From contig CP075493.1 in NCBI GenBank assembly GCA_021613535.1, forward strand, positions 14,136,001 through 14,200,000: a stretch of DNA of 64,000 bases. Reading direction: 5' to 3'. Position numbers and translations under genes: made by a program. Of the stretch, positions 61,648-64,000 are shown piece after piece. The stretch comes from Adineta vaga (taxonomy: Eukaryota; Animalia; Rotifera). Every line of letters starts with the position of its first letter. The stretch's first letter is position 1. The notes under the pieces are model-generated. The model had not been told where the DNA came from, did not search any database, and saw nothing but the letters and a program-made list of their open reading frames with translations.

Positions 61648-62145
61648 TTATCTATCAGTTGAAAATGAAAAGATTTGTCCATTTACGATTTTCAAGTAAT
61701 CTGCTACTTGCATAACAATAGATTGAGTTAATAGGCCGGCATTGAATGCGATCTTTTCGTTTCGCACGATACTCTCATCAATGAATAGATCAAATGGAAG
61801 AATGGGATGACCGAATGGTGGAACACTACCAGGAACCAACTCCGTGAATTTCAATAGTTCGTCATTAGTTGCAAATCGAAGTTCTTTTGCATTAAATCGT
61901 TCTTTGATCTTCTTTGAATCACATTTTTTCACTGCGCTAAGCACAAACAGATGAAACTGATCATCAACTTTCATTAAAAGAGCTTTTCCATCAATGAATA
62001 AGTCTTCACCACGTGCTACCGATGATTCTTCCGATGTATACGTAGCTTGATGTTGTATTTCTCGATAAACGATATTTCTTTCATCTAAGTACTGAAGTAA
62101 TGCTGTATGAACTTGGGTTTTGGTGACTGTAGAATTTATTGCCAT
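61648..62145 (-). CDS. YbaK/ProX (INS superfamily) aminoacyl-tRNA deacylase, bacterial-type, intronless
   Basis: HQATYTSEES..RG....GKALLMK (conserved Lys), LRFA, GSVPPFG (GxxxP loop) and FNAG. Confidence 0.88.
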   Translation of the reverse strand: MAINSTVTKTQVHTALLQYLDERNIVYREIQHQATYTSEESSVARGEDLFIDGKALLMKVDDQFHLFVLSAVKKCDSKKIKERFNAKELRFATNDELLKFTELVPGSVPPFGHPILPFDLFIDESIVRNEKIAFNAGLLTQSIVMQVADYLKIVNGQIFSFSTDR

Positions 62146-62687
62146 GTAAATCTAGAACAATCAAATTCTGGAAACGATATATGAATTGTCTATTAGATTG
62201 TGTTTTAAGCAAAGAAATTCAATGAAAACTTTTCGAATCCTGGCTTCAATAAGGAACAAGATCAGAAAGATGTTCGACAATGCAAATGTAGTCCCAATGC
62301 AACATTCAGCGTTCAGTTTACTTTTTCCTGAATTCCAACATAAAACCAGTCAAGAACATTTTATGAGTCATCGTTTTGTAGGCTTCCATGTGATGATGAA
62401 ATATTTTATGTAACAGCATCTTTTCCATGATGCCAACGTGGTATGAGTCAAGAACGTCTTATACATTATGCTTCACAGTGAAATGCGTAGAAGAAATACT
62501 TGATGCTTTCCACTTCTTCGGAAGTTTCTATTCGAATGGAAAGTAGGAAAAGATGATGAAAAACTGACATGAATATATTGGAGTTTTCCAATAATTGAGA
62601 CACGATGTCTATAAATTATAGAAGTGAAAACGTAGAACTCTGCAACTTTTTTATATTTGATAATCATTATATAGAATCTATTTTGAT

Positions 62688-63958
62688 ATGTCCGCTCGCA
62701 ATCTGTCGAAGAAAGATCAAGCAGCATTCAAACGATACAAATTTGACGAAATCTTGATCAATAAAATAGCACAATATACGCTTATAAACAAAACAGATAA
62801 CTACCATGGTCCATTGGCTATAATTGAAGATTGGACAATCATCGTGTTATGTGCTATGATTTCGCAATACGTTTTCAATAATATTCATTTAAAATTCGCT
62901 TGGACTTTCGTTGATATTCCTGTTATTTGTATTATTGGAGCACGACAACGTGGCTTAGCACGAGGTTTACATGAGGCAACACACGGCTGTTTTGCTAGCA
63001 ACAAATATCTAAATTTTTTCCTTGGAACATTCTGTTCAGGGTATGTTATATTTCAAAGTTTTTATGGTTATCAAACATCTCATGTGAAAAATCATCATCC
63101 ATATCTTGGTACAGATCGAGATCCTGATTATGTACGTAACATATATTTACATGATGCGATTGTGTATGAAAATTTTTTATTTTTCTCTATAGCAAGGATT
63201 GAAAGAAAATAATATATGCGGTATCAATAGATCAACTGCTAATGTGAAACGTTATTTACGAAGTTTATTTCTACCAAGTGCTTCTGTTAATTATTTGTTG
63301 TACTTAATTAAATATCGAATCTGGACAAAGGTTAGTAACCGATGAAAATGAAAACCTATAGCTATAGATATTGTTTTAGGATGATGATCACTACGAAACA
63401 CTCATACGCTGTATATATCTTGGTAGTCTTGTATCAATTTTTTTCCATAGTGGAAATATATTACTGTTGTTATTGTATTGGATTATTCCATATTTCACCA
63501 CTCATATGTGGATTGGATCATTCATTGAACTTATGGAACACTATCCGATGGTAATCTACCGATAGTTTAAAGAGTCAATGCTTAACATTTGTTTTTAGAT
63601 CGAGACTGCTCCTCGTATTGATATATTTATGACACGAAATCGATTGTGTGGATGGTTTTGGAATTTTTTCTTCGGTGTACACAATGAACAGTATCATCTC
63701 GTAAAGTTTTTCTATTTCATTTTCAATCTATATGATTTACATGAGTTTATTCAAGGTACATCATTTGTTTCCCAAAGTGCCTGAATGGGAATATCATAAT
63801 GTTCATCGTATTTTAATGCAAGATTCCACATATGCTAACCTACATGAAAAACTGGTGAGTAGTTGACAATCTGTCAAATATATATCAAATCATGCTTTCG
63901 CTTTTTCTAGGGATGGAAAAATTTAATGAAGGAAATTATTGAAGTAGACGAAAAGTAA
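62688..63958 (+). CDS. Membrane di-iron desaturase/hydroxylase of the bacterial GntB/RtxC type, 6 exons
   Basis: Introns 63132-63192, 63331-63379, 63551-63598, 63701-63755 and 63855-63910 (all GT-AG, phase 0) give one open frame to TAA 63958. His boxes HEATH, HVKNHH, EH and YHLVHH; IIGARQRGL, TDNYHG and DPDY. Confidence 0.9.
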
Positions 63959-64000
63959 CCTTTTATGTTTTCTAATACTGTCGAATACTTTATAATAAAA

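Noticed and set aside
445-63958. Large palindrome or inverted duplication bounded by the two oppositely oriented desaturase copies
   Set aside because: The copies are strongly diverged and the flanking genes are not mirror images. They are old paralogs.

Overview
AT-rich eukaryotic DNA with short (about 45-100 nt) GT-AG introns. It mixes clearly animal genes with many genes of bacterial or fungal character. The animal set is a P2X receptor, an SLC52 riboflavin transporter, an alpha-arrestin, a cullin, a UGT, a GT10 fucosyltransferase and four intronless rhodopsin-like GPCRs. The foreign-looking set is a DEDDh exonuclease, a GH78 rhamnosidase, an amidase, an AT3-SGNH O-acetyltransferase, a YbaK/ProX deacylase, a membrane di-iron desaturase/hydroxylase, a fungal-type ODC carrier and PTR2, bacterial-style Kelch propellers and DUF4476. 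This mixture, together with ART-TPR and NHL genes, is most consistent with a bdelloid rotifer genome (inference). About a third of the genes are decayed. The best candidate for an undescribed system is at 58.7-64.0 kb: a highly diverged class-V-like PLP enzyme, a tRNA-editing YbaK/ProX deacylase and an intron-bearing GntB/RtxC-like desaturase/hydroxylase lie side by side, which could be a non-proteinogenic amino acid pathway with self-protection. A decayed paralogous arrangement (peptide transporter, desaturase, class V PLP enzyme, proline dehydrogenase) sits at 1-2.8 kb and contains a visible microhomology junction. A dispersed hairpin repeat built from TGAGGG/TGTGGG telomere-like hexamers also occurs. 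All family assignments come from motif recognition and manual translation; no database search was run.
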